From contig OY969706.1 in NCBI GenBank assembly GCA_963702095.1, positions 2,112,001 through 2,176,000 on the forward strand: a stretch of DNA of 64,000 bases, given 5' to 3'. Numbering within the stretch: position 1 is the first letter of the stretch; every line of letters begins with the position of its first letter. The translations under genes were made by a program, and so were the position numbers. The notes under the pieces were generated by a model that was not told the DNA's origin, ran no database searches, and saw only the letters and a list, made by a program, of their open reading frames with translations. Shown one piece after another: positions 19,916-30,741 of this stretch. The stretch is from Candidatus Bathyarchaeota archaeon (lineage in GTDB: Archaea; Thermoproteota; Bathyarchaeia; Bathyarchaeales; Bathycorpusculaceae).

Positions 19916-20470
19916 ATGAAAGTGGAAATTGCAGCAAAAAACAGCCTATACCCATTGCCCACCGTTTTAGCCGGAGCATTAGTTGCAGACAAACCCAACT
20001 ACATTGCAATAGCACACGTGGGCATAATTTCGCCGGACACCGTGTCTTTGGGCATGAACAAAACACACTACACTAACCAAGGCATAAAAACCAACAAAAC
20101 CTTCAGCGTAAACATCCCATCCGTCAAACAAATAAAAGAAACCGATTATTGCGGCTTAGTCTCGGGCAGAAAAGTGGACAAAGCAGCCCTGTTTAAAACC
20201 TTTTATGGCAAACTAAAAACTGCTCCCCTAATTGAGGAATGCCCCCTAAACATGGAGTGTGAACTCGTACAGACAATTGATTTTCCAGAGCACGATGTTT
20301 TTGTGGGCAAAGTCGCCGCTACCTACTGCGAAGAATCCATCGTCGCCCAATGCGCTGTAGACATTGAGAAGTTGCAGCCAATCCTGTTTGCCATGAACGA
20401 CCGCAGTTACTACGGCGTAGGCAAGAGGTTGGCAAGGGCTTGGGATGCTGGGAAAGACCTGAACAAATAG
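19916..20470 (+). CDS. Flavin reductase / flavoredoxin family
   Basis: LYPLPTVL, FSVNIP, DYCGLVSG, APLIEECPLNMEC. Confidence 0.88.
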   Translation: MKVEIAAKNSLYPLPTVLAGALVADKPNYIAIAHVGIISPDTVSLGMNKTHYTNQGIKTNKTFSVNIPSVKQIKETDYCGLVSGRKVDKAALFKTFYGKLKTAPLIEECPLNMECELVQTIDFPEHDVFVGKVAATYCEESIVAQCAVDIEKLQPILFAMNDRSYYGVGKRLARAWDAGKDLNK

Positions 20471-20572
20471 CTAAACTAACGTTTTAGGGTTCATCTCTCC
20501 CTTAGGGAAATCGACAAACGTACATAATCTATATAAAGTATGTTTTTTTTCTTCGAAATAGGTGCAAACCAG

Positions 20573-20983
20573 ATGTCATATAACCTGCAGAGTGGTAAAA
20601 CCTTTGAGGAAACAGTTGAAACATTATTCAAAGTCATGGGCTACAATACCAAACCCAAAACTGTACTGCATACTCGATCGGCACACATTAGTGCAGTAAT
20701 GCATCATCCGAAAGGAAAACAGAAACTACTCATAGAATGCCAAACTAACGAGGAACCCATAAGCATCCATGATGTGCAACAATTCTGCTCCAAAGTTGCT
20801 CACGCCAGAGAAAAATCAGAGGCGGATACCGGGGTGCTTGTTTCAACCACCGGTTTCAGCGATGAAGCAGTCGCATGGTGTACCAGCAATTGCTCATTTG
20901 TCCAGCTCAAGACTTACAGAGAAGTGATTTCAAAGACAAGCAACATTCAAAAACTGCTACGAAAGTTCCCACAGTTTTCTTAA
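20573..20983 (+). CDS. Mrr-like (type IV) restriction endonuclease domain protein, degenerate active site
   Basis: FEE.V..LF..MGY, LIECQ, ISIHDVQQF, GVLVSTTGFS.EA. Confidence 0.7.
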   Translation: MSYNLQSGKTFEETVETLFKVMGYNTKPKTVLHTRSAHISAVMHHPKGKQKLLIECQTNEEPISIHDVQQFCSKVAHAREKSEADTGVLVSTTGFSDEAVAWCTSNCSFVQLKTYREVISKTSNIQKLLRKFPQFS

Positions 20984-21534
20984 CCCCATTTATTAATTTG
21001 GTAAAAGAGGGTTAATTCCTCTTTCGTTATCCCTGCTTTCTGTAGCGTGGCAACGCAGTTTCGGTATTGCCTTGCTGTAAACTGGGCTTGTCTGATTGGC
21101 TGAGTCGTGAAATGGAGTGTTTTTTCTGTGGCTTTGCCCTTCTTTAATGCAGCAAGCTGTGTTTTGAATCTGTTTAGGGGTTCGCAATCGATTGTTTGCA
21201 TGCCAAAAAGTGTGTTGGGGTATTGTCGGCAGCCGTCAGGGCGGATTTCATAGATAGAACAGGTGTTGCCACTTAGGAATGGGCAGGGAGTATGGGTTAT
21301 GCGGTGCTCGTATTTTTCTGGGTCAGCCTCCCATAGCGTTCCTAGTTCTTCGTAGAGTGCATCAGCTTTGGCTTGGGCATCTGGGTTTTTTGGTTCAGTT
21401 TTGATTTTACCTGCAATCAAGAAATCGTCTAATGTGCAGCATACGCCGCATTTGTTGCAGAGAAAGGGCAGGTTGATTGACCATTTTCCGTTTTTGGCTT
21501 TGAATTCTAAATGGGCATAAACTGTCTCAATCAC
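20980..21534 (-). CDS. YkgJ family cysteine-cluster protein
   Basis: CNKCGVCC...CPFL...CSIYEIRPDGCRQYP. Confidence 0.82.
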   Translation of the reverse strand: MIETVYAHLEFKAKNGKWSINLPFLCNKCGVCCTLDDFLIAGKIKTEPKNPDAQAKADALYEELGTLWEADPEKYEHRITHTPCPFLSGNTCSIYEIRPDGCRQYPNTLFGMQTIDCEPLNRFKTQLAALKKGKATEKTLHFTTQPIRQAQFTARQYRNCVATLQKAGITKEELTLFYQINKWG

Positions 21535-21626
21535 AATGGATCAGCAACAGGTTATGTGTATCTCACTTTCAAGTTTTTCCCTAAGAAACCTACTAATTTA
21601 AAAACGATCTTGTGCTAGAATAACTT

Positions 21627-23588
21627 TTGTTAGTTATGACTATTAACGGCGCCAATTTACTCGAAGTCCTCAACAGAATCAAAGACAACATCGTTGCCCT
21701 CGACAACGACTACGTTATCACTTATGCTAACCCAGCGTTTGGCGAATTATTCGACGTTAAGGTCTCAGAGATCATTGGAAAAAACATTTGGAAGATTTTA
21801 CCCAAAGATGTAGAGGAAGTCGTTCACGATAAAGTTGTTGAGACCGTAGAGAAAAAAGAGATCACACTGTTTGAATGGGAAGGGGTATTCTCTGGCAGAT
21901 GGTGGGAAACCACAATTTACCCTTCTGAAAAAGGCATAACAGCCATTACCAAGGATATAACAAAGCGCAAAGAAGCCGAAGAAGCGCTAATCAACACAAA
22001 AAAAGAACTTGCCACAATTCTAGAAAATATCGATGACGGATTCTTTTCCTTGGATAAGAACTGGCGTTTTGTTTACATTAACGATAAAGCAGCCCGTAAT
22101 GTTGGTTATGAACCTGAGGATTTGGTGGGCAGGAACATTTGGGATTATTTTCCCAAGATTGCAAAAACAAACGCAGAAACACAATATCATAGAGCTATGG
22201 CAGAGAGAAAGACCCTGTTATTTCAGGAGCACGGCGTCTTAACTGACCGTTGGTATGAGGAAACCGTTTATCCGACCGCTCAAGGGATAGCTGTTTTTTG
22301 GAGAGATATCACAGAAAAAAAGAAAACAGAAGAAGCCATAGAAAAGCAAAGGAAACTCGGAGAAGCCATTAACCGAATCCTAGAAGAAGCGTTGAGCGCA
22401 GGAGATGAGGAAACTTTAGGCGAACTCTGTCTTTCTATCGCCGTAGAGTTAACAAATAGCAAAATCGGATTCATAGGTGAAGTTAACGGAGAAGGCTTGC
22501 AGGATATCGCTACCAGTAATCCAGGCTGGAACAATTGCTATGTTATAGCACCCGAAGGTCACCGGTCAAGGCCTGGCAGCTTAAAAGCACATGGTCTCTA
22601 CGGTAAAGTGTTAAAAGAAGGAAAAAGCTTCTTCACCAATGACCCCGCAAGTCACCCAGCGCATATAGGGTTGCCCACTGGTCATCCGCCGCTGACATCC
22701 TTCTTAGGCGTACCGCTCATTAACGAAGGCAACACAATCGGCATAATTGCAGTAGGTAACCATGAAGGCGGTTACACCCAAATTGAACTTGAAGATTTAG
22801 AGGCGCTGGCGCCCTCCATCGTGGAAGCTTTTTTACGTAAACGCGCCGAAGTAAAGCTTGAACAATACAGCAAGCACCTAGAAAGCTTAGTTGTGGAACG
22901 CAGCAGGCAACTGCAGGATAAGGAACGCTTAGCCGCGATCGGCGCCACCGCAGGCATGGTAGGACATGATATCCGTAACCCCCTGCAGGCGATTGTGAGC
23001 GATGTTTACCTGCTCAAAGAGTACCTTGAAACGATGCCTGAGATGAAAACCAAGTGTGATGTAACTGAAAGCCTCAACAGCATCGACCAAAACGTGGGGT
23101 ACATTAACAAGATAGTGGCTGACCTCCAAGACTACGCTAGACCCCTAAACCCTGAATACTCGGAAGTTGATTTGGCACAGTTAATCGGAAGCATCTTCAC
23201 CGTAATCCCCATACCCGACAACGTAAAACTATCGATTGATGTTAAAGAGTTCCCCAAACTATTAACCGACCCCATGTTCATCAGGCGGGCACTGACAAAC
23301 CTGGTGAATAATGCGCTTCAAGCCATGCCAGACGGCGGAAACCTGACGCTGGAAGGGACTGAACACGACAATCTTGTAACAATCACTGTTTCTGATACGG
23401 GCGTCGGCATCTCTGAAGGTGTGAAAACCAAATTGTTCACGCCTATGATGACGACTAAAGCGAAAGGGCAAGGCTTAGGTTTGGCGGTTGTTAAACGGCT
23501 GATTGAGGCTTTAGGCGGCTCCGTAACCTTTGAAAGCGAGGAGGGCAAAGGAACAACGTTTATTATCATTCTGCCCGCCAAACGCTAA
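21627..23588 (+). CDS. PAS-PAS-GAF sensor histidine kinase
   Basis: Two PAS/PAC (DIT.RK), GAF (FLGVPL), HDIRNPL, NALQA, DTGVG, GLGL. Confidence 0.92.
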   Translation: MLVMTINGANLLEVLNRIKDNIVALDNDYVITYANPAFGELFDVKVSEIIGKNIWKILPKDVEEVVHDKVVETVEKKEITLFEWEGVFSGRWWETTIYPSEKGITAITKDITKRKEAEEALINTKKELATILENIDDGFFSLDKNWRFVYINDKAARNVGYEPEDLVGRNIWDYFPKIAKTNAETQYHRAMAERKTLLFQEHGVLTDRWYEETVYPTAQGIAVFWRDITEKKKTEEAIEKQRKLGEAINRILEEALSAGDEETLGELCLSIAVELTNSKIGFIGEVNGEGLQDIATSNPGWNNCYVIAPEGHRSRPGSLKAHGLYGKVLKEGKSFFTNDPASHPAHIGLPTGHPPLTSFLGVPLINEGNTIGIIAVGNHEGGYTQIELEDLEALAPSIVEAFLRKRAEVKLEQYSKHLESLVVERSRQLQDKERLAAIGATAGMVGHDIRNPLQAIVSDVYLLKEYLETMPEMKTKCDVTESLNSIDQNVGYINKIVADLQDYARPLNPEYSEVDLAQLIGSIFTVIPIPDNVKLSIDVKEFPKLLTDPMFIRRALTNLVNNALQAMPDGGNLTLEGTEHDNLVTITVSDTGVGISEGVKTKLFTPMMTTKAKGQGLGLAVVKRLIEALGGSVTFESEEGKGTTFIIILPAKR

Positions 23589-23672
23589 AGTCTCAGGCAC
23601 CCACAAACGGATTCTATTAATATGAGTGGACACCATTGAAACTATCAGAGATTTCGTGTAGAGGCTGAAGTT

Positions 23673-25090
23673 TTGACAGTAGGAATGCGGTCTTATGAGG
23701 TTACTCCCGAAGTTCCACACTCTTATAACCGCACGCTCTACCAGTATATTTACCGGTTTTTTCTTCTCCCACAGAAGGAACGGTTCGCTGATATTTCGAG
23801 AGATGATTTTTCAATCAGTTATACTGTTATAGATGCTTCACAAAAAAGAAGATTAGAAGTTCAAGTTTCAGGCAGCGACTACTTGAAGGTTTCTATTGAG
23901 CCATTGGTTGATTCTGTTTCTGACGACGAATTTGTAAGATCAAAAGAAGATATCGACATCGCTGTAAACATGTTCGAAGACCAAGTAAGAAAAAACAGTG
24001 TCTTCTTCGCGTGGAGAGAAGGCGAATCAGTTGTGCCTGAAAAGGTTTCAGGAAAAGAGAACAAATCTTTGCAACGCATTTTCTTGGAAACCCAAATCTT
24101 ACTCATAGCCGTCTTCATGACTGTTGGCATATTCCTATTCTTCCTCATAGGTCCCTTGGTTCCCATTGTTTTGCTTGCCATACAATTCGTGTTCGTTTTT
24201 TACTCAAACAAGATAATCTCTAGGGCAGCTGATTGGCACATTACCGAAAAAAACCCATACATCCACATACTCCAATATCCCCTCTCCGCGGGAATAGATA
24301 ATCCCAGTGCGAAATTATCTGATCAAGAGTTAGCGCAGTTGAAACAACAGATTTACAAAGAAACCATAGCTGAGAACGGAGAACTTGACTGCCAAAAAGC
24401 CCACAGCATATTCTCCAAATTCGGGATAAACTGCGACCCACAGAATTTGATTGCACGAAAAGTAAATGTTTACGATATCGTGAAGACAACAGCCGATAAA
24501 TTCGGTTATAAGGTGCCTGAGACAGTAGTTTCCAACACCCTCTTGCCCAACGCGGCGGCTTCTGGCCCAGCCCCAGCCGAGGCTTGGTTCTAATAACAAC
24601 CGGAACTTTTCTGCAACTCAACGACGAAGAAATCATAACGGTTCTGGGCGATGAATTCGGCCATTTGAAGGGACGAGACCCGCTTTGGCTGTATGGGTTA
24701 TCAGCGGTTCAGTATATCTTCTGGTTCTATGTCCTTTTCGCTTATATTCAAACCACCTCCTTCATTTTGATATTTATCTATTTGTGGGCGCTTCTGACGC
24801 TGACTTATTTCATCGCCAAATTCTTCGAGGCGAGGGCAGACTTGATCTCGGCGATGGTTATAGGGAAACCTAAGCTTCTGGCGGATTCATTGGAAAAGAT
24901 AGGTTTCCAGAGGCTGCTCTACGAGCGCGTGCCCGCTTTTCGTTTTCAAGAATGGTTAAGTGCGGATCCGCATCCGCCTATCTACTTTAGGATAGCGCGA
25001 CTAAGAGCGCTTCCCGAGCCATACACTGAAAAGCATCCGCTGATCAGATCGGCAAATGAAGTCATAAGGGGCTTCCTACACAGTTTTTGA
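23673..25090 (+). pseudogene. htpX: HtpX/M48 membrane metalloprotease with N-terminal extension; frameshift near 24570 and HExxH altered to DEFGH
   Basis: PNAAASGP(SPSRG)LVLIT, GDEFGHLK, FFEARAD, HPPIYFRI. Confidence 0.75.
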
Positions 25091-25218
25091 GCAAGCCGTT
25101 TGATTTAGGCAAAGCGCCGGGCGAATAGTAAGCTCTCTTTACTTGGTTTTGTGCTCCATCACTGCAAGGCTATGTTTATGGCTGTGCAGAATAAAGTGAA
25201 ATCAAAGGGTTCTTTGGT

Positions 25219-25376
25219 TCAGCTTGCGGATTTGTCCACAACCAGCCAGCAACCCAAATCCGTTGCAGAACACAAAACACAACCGTCTGCTAAGCCCACA
25301 GGAAGAAGATGAGTAAGGGCGCATTGCCCTCTTCTAATACTAGAAAAACAAACAACCCAAATATTATCTACCGATA
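25219..25376 (-). repeat. Family A element, copy 3
   Basis: High similarity to 14409-14554; its head overlaps the DUF996 stop codon. Confidence 0.9.
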
Positions 25377-26107
25377 GTTGGAGGCACTGCGGCTTGGGCT
25401 GGGGGAGGCTGGATTCTAAAAAACGCCACTGCCAAGAGCAACCAAGCGATTTCCTGCACCACGGCACCTGGCAAAACCATGAGACTTAATTGATCATAAG
25501 TTATCAAATTGACATAAGCAAACACGCCGAAAACAACGCCGGATACAGCCATCAACAGACCGCCCGCCAACAGAACCTTAGCGGCAGTCCTAAACATTGG
25601 AACCCCCGATTTGCCGCCCAGCAGGTTGAAGGCAAGTACATCAAGCACGATGTTGATTAACGCAATAAAACCGAACACTGCCAGAAAAGACGCAAAGTAG
25701 GGCATTAATAGCGATTGAATTTGGCTCGATGAAGGCATGGAGGAAGCGGAACTTGGGAGGATGCTGGCAAAATAAACCAAGAAATATGCAATCATAACTA
25801 TCACGGCGACTATAGCGGCTACTATGCCGATGAGGAGCCCGTAGAGGACATAGTTGAAGATTCTGCGTTCACAGTAGTCTCTGGAGAACCCATACATTGC
25901 TACCAAGAACAGTATGAACCCGACAAACGCCAAGACGCCGACGGCGCCGGCGACCGCGGAAACTGCAAGGTCAGCAGCTAAGGATGTGGGATATAAGTAC
26001 CGAAATAGTGAAAGGGCGGTGCTGACGGCGCCGACCAGGGTGAAGCAGGCGCCTAACAAGCCCAAGGTTCGGTTACTCTGAATAGTCACGTTTAACACCC
26101 AAACCAT
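25364..26107 (-). CDS. DUF996-family membrane protein
   Basis: GFILFLVAMYGFSRDY.E.RIF, SGVPMFRTA, IAWLLLAVAFF. Confidence 0.72.
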   Translation of the reverse strand: MVWVLNVTIQSNRTLGLLGACFTLVGAVSTALSLFRYLYPTSLAADLAVSAVAGAVGVLAFVGFILFLVAMYGFSRDYCERRIFNYVLYGLLIGIVAAIVAVIVMIAYFLVYFASILPSSASSMPSSSQIQSLLMPYFASFLAVFGFIALINIVLDVLAFNLLGGKSGVPMFRTAAKVLLAGGLLMAVSGVVFGVFAYVNLITYDQLSLMVLPGAVVQEIAWLLLAVAFFRIQPPPAQAAVPPTIGR

Positions 26108-26142
26108 GTATTATGCAGTGAAGGGATAAGTTTTTTGTTCAG

Positions 26143-27171
26143 TTACTGAGCAGAAGCTTTCTGGGCCTTCAAATCCACTTTGCCCACCCGCAGCTTATCC
26201 ACCTCAGCCCTCTGCGGCAACGTCACCGTAACGGCTTTGCCGAGGCTGGTTTTTCCGTATTTGACGGTGGCTTGCGGGGTTTTAGCGTCAGAGTAGAACG
26301 CTGTCAGTTTTGCCGCGGTCTCTATTGCAGCTTTGGTTTTGGGACCCTGAAGAAGCGTGACTGGGCCAACAACTACTGGCAATTCAAAATAGTAGTCGCC
26401 CGGCAGTTTGTTGGCGGTTAAGTACTGGTTCTCAGAGCGGTTTCTGCCCACGATGAATTTGTTTTCGCCGACTCGGAAATGCCTGCCCACGCGGAGCAGG
26501 TCAATGTCGGAGGCTGAGACACGTTTTTTATGCTCGAAGAGGTCCCAGAGTTTTTTGCTGTACTCCTCGCAGGTCAAAAGGCAACCGCCCGCCGGAGAAG
26601 GATACACTTTTATGTCGTATTCTTTGGCAAGGGCAAACTGGGGTTTACGAGACCGACCCTGAATACCCAAAAGTTTGCTGCGGTCAACATGCCCATTCTT
26701 CTCAGCCTCAGTCTGCGCCAGCAATTTCGCTGAGAGGGGACGCAAAAGTTTACCCTCTAAACCGGCTTCCTGCGCGATTGTTTTAAGTGCAGGTCCATGC
26801 TGTGACATGGGGCGTTCGCCTAAAACTTCGCCTGTAAATAGAAAGTCAGCGCCGATTTCCTTGGCGTATTTCTTGGCTTGTTTTAGGATGAAGATTTTGC
26901 AGTCGACGCAGGGGTTGAGGTTTTTTCCGTAGCCGTGTTTGGGGTGGCGGAGCATTGTGATGTATTCTTTGTCCACGCATTTGATTACGAGTGGGATTTT
27001 GAGTTGTGAGGCGGCTTGGGTGGCTTCGGTGGCGCCGTCTTTTTTGGGTATGCCAAAGGGGGTTTTAACGTTGAAGGCTATGACTTCTATGCCTTGGCGG
27101 CGTATGAGTTCAGTTGCGAGTATGCTGTCGAGTCCCCCGGAGAATAAGCTTATTGCCTTAACCTTCGCCAT
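26143..27171 (-). CDS. ThiI/MnmA-like PP-loop tRNA-modifying enzyme with DUF814-like C-terminus
   Basis: SGGLDS, HGYGKNLNPCVDCK, TGEVLGERPMSQ, PAGGCLLT, GRHFR. Confidence 0.8.
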   Translation of the reverse strand: MAKVKAISLFSGGLDSILATELIRRQGIEVIAFNVKTPFGIPKKDGATEATQAASQLKIPLVIKCVDKEYITMLRHPKHGYGKNLNPCVDCKIFILKQAKKYAKEIGADFLFTGEVLGERPMSQHGPALKTIAQEAGLEGKLLRPLSAKLLAQTEAEKNGHVDRSKLLGIQGRSRKPQFALAKEYDIKVYPSPAGGCLLTCEEYSKKLWDLFEHKKRVSASDIDLLRVGRHFRVGENKFIVGRNRSENQYLTANKLPGDYYFELPVVVGPVTLLQGPKTKAAIETAAKLTAFYSDAKTPQATVKYGKTSLGKAVTVTLPQRAEVDKLRVGKVDLKAQKASAQ

Positions 27172-27365
27172 AACAGTGACTTAGGCTGACCACACAAATA
27201 ATAATGTAACTGTCCACTGCAAAAAAAATGCGAATGGAAGACAAAAAAAAAGGCGCTAACAGCAGGTTTGTTCATTCAAAGCGACTTGGCACTTACCTGA
27301 TACTAGAATAATTTAAAAAGCCTCTTGCGAATTACTCTTACTTTGAAGGCTTCAGGGACAAACAA

Positions 27366-28475
27366 ATGGACATCAGCATTTTCATTCCCGTTTACAAGGA
27401 ATCAAGCCAAGTAGAGGGCTTACTCAATAAGCTCTGTCCCCAGAACGTCAGTAAAGAAGTCTTCGTCACCGTAGACGCCCCAACCGAGGATTTCCAGAGG
27501 AAAATTAAGCAACTGCAAAGAGAAAACGTCCACTTCATAGTTAACTATGAACGCACAGGCAAAGCCAACTCCCTAAATGCGGCGGTACCCCAATCAACCG
27601 GCACAGTGCTGCTTTTTCTGGATGCAGACGTAGGTGTCCCAGACGACCCTGACTACCTCCGCAGAATCATCATGGAAATGCAGCATAACGACGTATTAGA
27701 CATCAAAAAACAGGTTATCAAAGACAAATCCTTCCTCTCAAAAATGGCCTACTACGAATACCTTACCTTTAACATAAGCGCATGGCTTGCATCCCGATAC
27801 ATGCACAAATGCCCAGCCGTCAACGGTGCAGCATTTGCTATCAGGCGGGAGATGTTTGAGAAAATAGGCGGTTTCCGCAAAGTCGTCGCCGAAGACATCG
27901 ACATTGCAACCCGCGCTTTCCTCCAGGACAGTCGCTTCGCCTACATTCAAGATGTGGAGGTACAGAATGTGGTGTTTGGCGACTGGAAAAAATGGTTTAC
28001 CCAGCGCCGGAGATGGGCAATTGGGCAGGCGCTTTGGCTCAAAGACTGGTATAAACAGTTAATCAGCCGTTTTATCAAAAAACCTCAGGTGTTCTTGCCA
28101 AGCCTGTTTTTCCTCTACCCGTCAGTTGCAGTGTTCTTTTTGAGTGCGGTGGTTCCTAGTCTCTGGATGTATAATGGGCTGCTGTTTTTCTCGCTTCTGC
28201 TCTCAGTTAAATTCAACATTGCCTTGCCCATCTTTTTGGTTTCGTTAGGAACGGCGGACATACTTAAAATTCTGCTTATTTCTATGTCAGGCTTCGCCAT
28301 AACAGCCGCGGTTTTCTATGGCTTCTCACGCAAGCTGGGTTTCAACGACTTTAAAATCCACGAACTCTTCGTCTATTATTTCCTCTATTCCTCAGTTTGG
28401 ATGATAATTATCGTAATTGGACACATTCAAGTGTTGGTTATGCGTAAAAACTCGGGGCCAGACTGGAAAACATAG
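27366..28475 (+). CDS. Membrane GT2 glycosyltransferase
   Basis: FLDAD, AEDID, QRRRW, C-terminal TMs. Confidence 0.85.
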   Translation: MDISIFIPVYKESSQVEGLLNKLCPQNVSKEVFVTVDAPTEDFQRKIKQLQRENVHFIVNYERTGKANSLNAAVPQSTGTVLLFLDADVGVPDDPDYLRRIIMEMQHNDVLDIKKQVIKDKSFLSKMAYYEYLTFNISAWLASRYMHKCPAVNGAAFAIRREMFEKIGGFRKVVAEDIDIATRAFLQDSRFAYIQDVEVQNVVFGDWKKWFTQRRRWAIGQALWLKDWYKQLISRFIKKPQVFLPSLFFLYPSVAVFFLSAVVPSLWMYNGLLFFSLLLSVKFNIALPIFLVSLGTADILKILLISMSGFAITAAVFYGFSRKLGFNDFKIHELFVYYFLYSSVWMIIIVIGHIQVLVMRKNSGPDWKT

Positions 28476-28606
28476 ACGGTCCAAAACGTTTTTTCAGCAT
28501 TTAATGGGCACTCTTTTCAGCCAATAGGAACCACCCCTTTTGCCCTTGCTTTGATAAGGCTTAATAGTTTCTTATACGGTGTAACATCAATTATACGTGA
28601 TTTGGC

Positions 28607-29890
28607 ATGGTTGATGTTTGGCTTCCCTACGGAAAAACAGACGTATGCGTCCGAATCCCGGCTCGAAACCTGCTTGGCACCATAGAGCCTAAAGAGAGGG
28701 CAGGCGTAACCGACCCAAAAGCCGAAGTAGATCGCGCACTAAAAGAACCCATCGGCACTAAACGTCTATCAGAAATCGCCAAACCCGAATCCAGAGTCAC
28801 CATCGTAGTCGACGACGCCACCCGCAACACCCCAAGCGAACATGTGCTACTGCCAGTGCTGGCTGAACTCAACAGCGTGGGCGTCAAAGACGAAAACATC
28901 ACAGTGATTTTTGGCTGCGGAACACACCGCGGAGTCACTCCCCAAGAAGCCCCCAAACTTATAGGGGAAGAAGCCTCAAAAAGGGTCAAAGCCATCAACC
29001 ATGATGCCGCAGCCGCTGACTTAGTCTACATCGGCACCACCAAAACATACAGCAACAAAGTGTTTGTGAACAAGGTGTTTGCCGACGCAGACGTTAGAGT
29101 GCTCTTAGGCGACGTGCAAATCCATTATTATTCGGGGTACGGGGGGGGCAGAAAAAGCGTGTTGCCAGCGGTGTCTGGTGCGGAGACCATCCGGCATAAC
29201 CACGCTTTGCTTGTTAACCCCAACGCCACTGCCGGCAACCTCGAAAATAACCCTGTACACATAGACATGACTGAAGCTGCTCGGTTAGCTAAAGTGGATT
29301 TCATCGTAAACGTGGTTGAGAATAAGAAGGGAGAGATCGTTAAGGCGTTTGCAGGCGATTTAGAGGCGGCATTCCTTGAAGCCGTGAAGCTGGTTGATGA
29401 ACTCTACAAGGTCAATGTTGACCGCCGCAGTGACATCATCGTGGTAAGCGCTGGCGGAAGCCCCTGGGACCTCACCCTTTACCAGGCGCTCAAAGGCATG
29501 GATGCTTCTTTGGACGCTGTTAAACGGGGAGGAGTTATCATTCTTGTCGCTGAATGCATCGAAGGCTACGGTAACCAAGTGTTCTATGAATGGATGACTC
29601 GACTGGGAGAAATTAAGGGGATGGAGCGTGAGGTTAAACGGAACTTTGCCATAGGCGGACAGCGAGCTTACTACCTGCTTAAGGCACTGCTAAACCACCA
29701 AATCATCCTCGTCTCTTCGATGCCTGATTTCTACGCTACCAGCATATTCAAGCTCAAAACTGCACGGGCAGTCAACGACGCCTTGAACGATGCATTGAAG
29801 GTGGCGGGTTCAGCGTCGCGTGTTTGGGCGATGCCGCAGGGCAGCAACACTTTGCCAGTTTACAAGTCACCTGAAGAAATTAAACAGTAA
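28607..29890 (+). CDS. larA: Nickel-pincer lactate racemase family (LarA)
   Basis: VDDATR, CGTHR, HYYSGYGGGRKSVLP, RHNH, YQALKG. Confidence 0.85.
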   Translation: MVDVWLPYGKTDVCVRIPARNLLGTIEPKERAGVTDPKAEVDRALKEPIGTKRLSEIAKPESRVTIVVDDATRNTPSEHVLLPVLAELNSVGVKDENITVIFGCGTHRGVTPQEAPKLIGEEASKRVKAINHDAAAADLVYIGTTKTYSNKVFVNKVFADADVRVLLGDVQIHYYSGYGGGRKSVLPAVSGAETIRHNHALLVNPNATAGNLENNPVHIDMTEAARLAKVDFIVNVVENKKGEIVKAFAGDLEAAFLEAVKLVDELYKVNVDRRSDIIVVSAGGSPWDLTLYQALKGMDASLDAVKRGGVIILVAECIEGYGNQVFYEWMTRLGEIKGMEREVKRNFAIGGQRAYYLLKALLNHQIILVSSMPDFYATSIFKLKTARAVNDALNDALKVAGSASRVWAMPQGSNTLPVYKSPEEIKQ

Positions 29891-29990
29891 AAAGTCAGTT
29901 TCCAGGTGAGACTAGACGGGCGCTGGGTTGACGTGGAAAGCGCAACCTTTAAAATCTGGACAAATAAATCCTGTTAGGCAAGGCGAAAAG

Positions 29991-30470
29991 ATGGAACCAA
30001 CCTTTACGCTCCGGAAGTTTGCTCCGGACGACTTACAAATGGTCATGCAAATTAATCGAGTGTGCCTACCTGAAAACTATACTGACTTCTTTTTTGTGGA
30101 TTTGCATCAACGGTTTCCCGAAACCTTTATTGTGGCAGAGCAAGAAGGCAAAGTCATCGGCTACATCATGTGCCGCATAGAAGTGGGCTTGTCAAACTAT
30201 GGTTTCGGCGGGTTAGTCCGCAAGGGACATGTTGTCTCCATTGCGGTTTTGCCTCAGTACCGGCGCAAAGGCGTCGCCCAAGCCATAATCAACCGTGCGC
30301 TCAAAGGCATGGAGTACTATAAGGCTAAACAGGGGTTTCTTGAAGTCCGCGTAACTAACGAAGCTGGAATTTCACTCTACAAGAAACTGGGCTTTGAAAT
30401 AACCCGGACAATCAGCGGGTACTATAGTGACGGCGAAGACGCCTACGTTATGACCAAAAAACTCGCCTGA
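29991..30470 (+). CDS. N-terminal acetyltransferase Ard1/RimI
   Basis: CLPENY, GYIMCRIE, GHVVSIAV, LEVRVTN, YYSDGEDAY. Confidence 0.92.
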   Translation: MEPTFTLRKFAPDDLQMVMQINRVCLPENYTDFFFVDLHQRFPETFIVAEQEGKVIGYIMCRIEVGLSNYGFGGLVRKGHVVSIAVLPQYRRKGVAQAIINRALKGMEYYKAKQGFLEVRVTNEAGISLYKKLGFEITRTISGYYSDGEDAYVMTKKLA

Positions 30471-30478
30471 CCATAGTT

Positions 30479-30630
30479 TTGCGGTAAATTACATTTCTTT
30501 TTTCTTTAGTTGTTGTTGGGGGAAACTCCCTATGCTCAACAACAACCAGGGGCATTTGTGGGCGATTGTTTTTTGGTGTCTGCGTCTGCTTTGGGTTGCA
30601 GGTTGGTTGTGGCGGATTCCACAAGCAGAC
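30479..30630 (+). repeat. Family A element, copy 4 (GTT-stem variant)
   Basis: TTGGGTTGCAGGTTGGTTGTGG..CCACAAGCAGA end; first stem GTTGTTGTTG/CAACAACAAC. Confidence 0.75.
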
Positions 30631-30741
30631 GCCCCTAAATCATGCCAAAACGGCAGTTTTCTGTTGCTTCTTCAAGCCAGCCACATATGCTTAAACTCTA
30701 CTTGACACTTCTGTTTGCCGCCAAGTGGAGGTGAACGTGTT

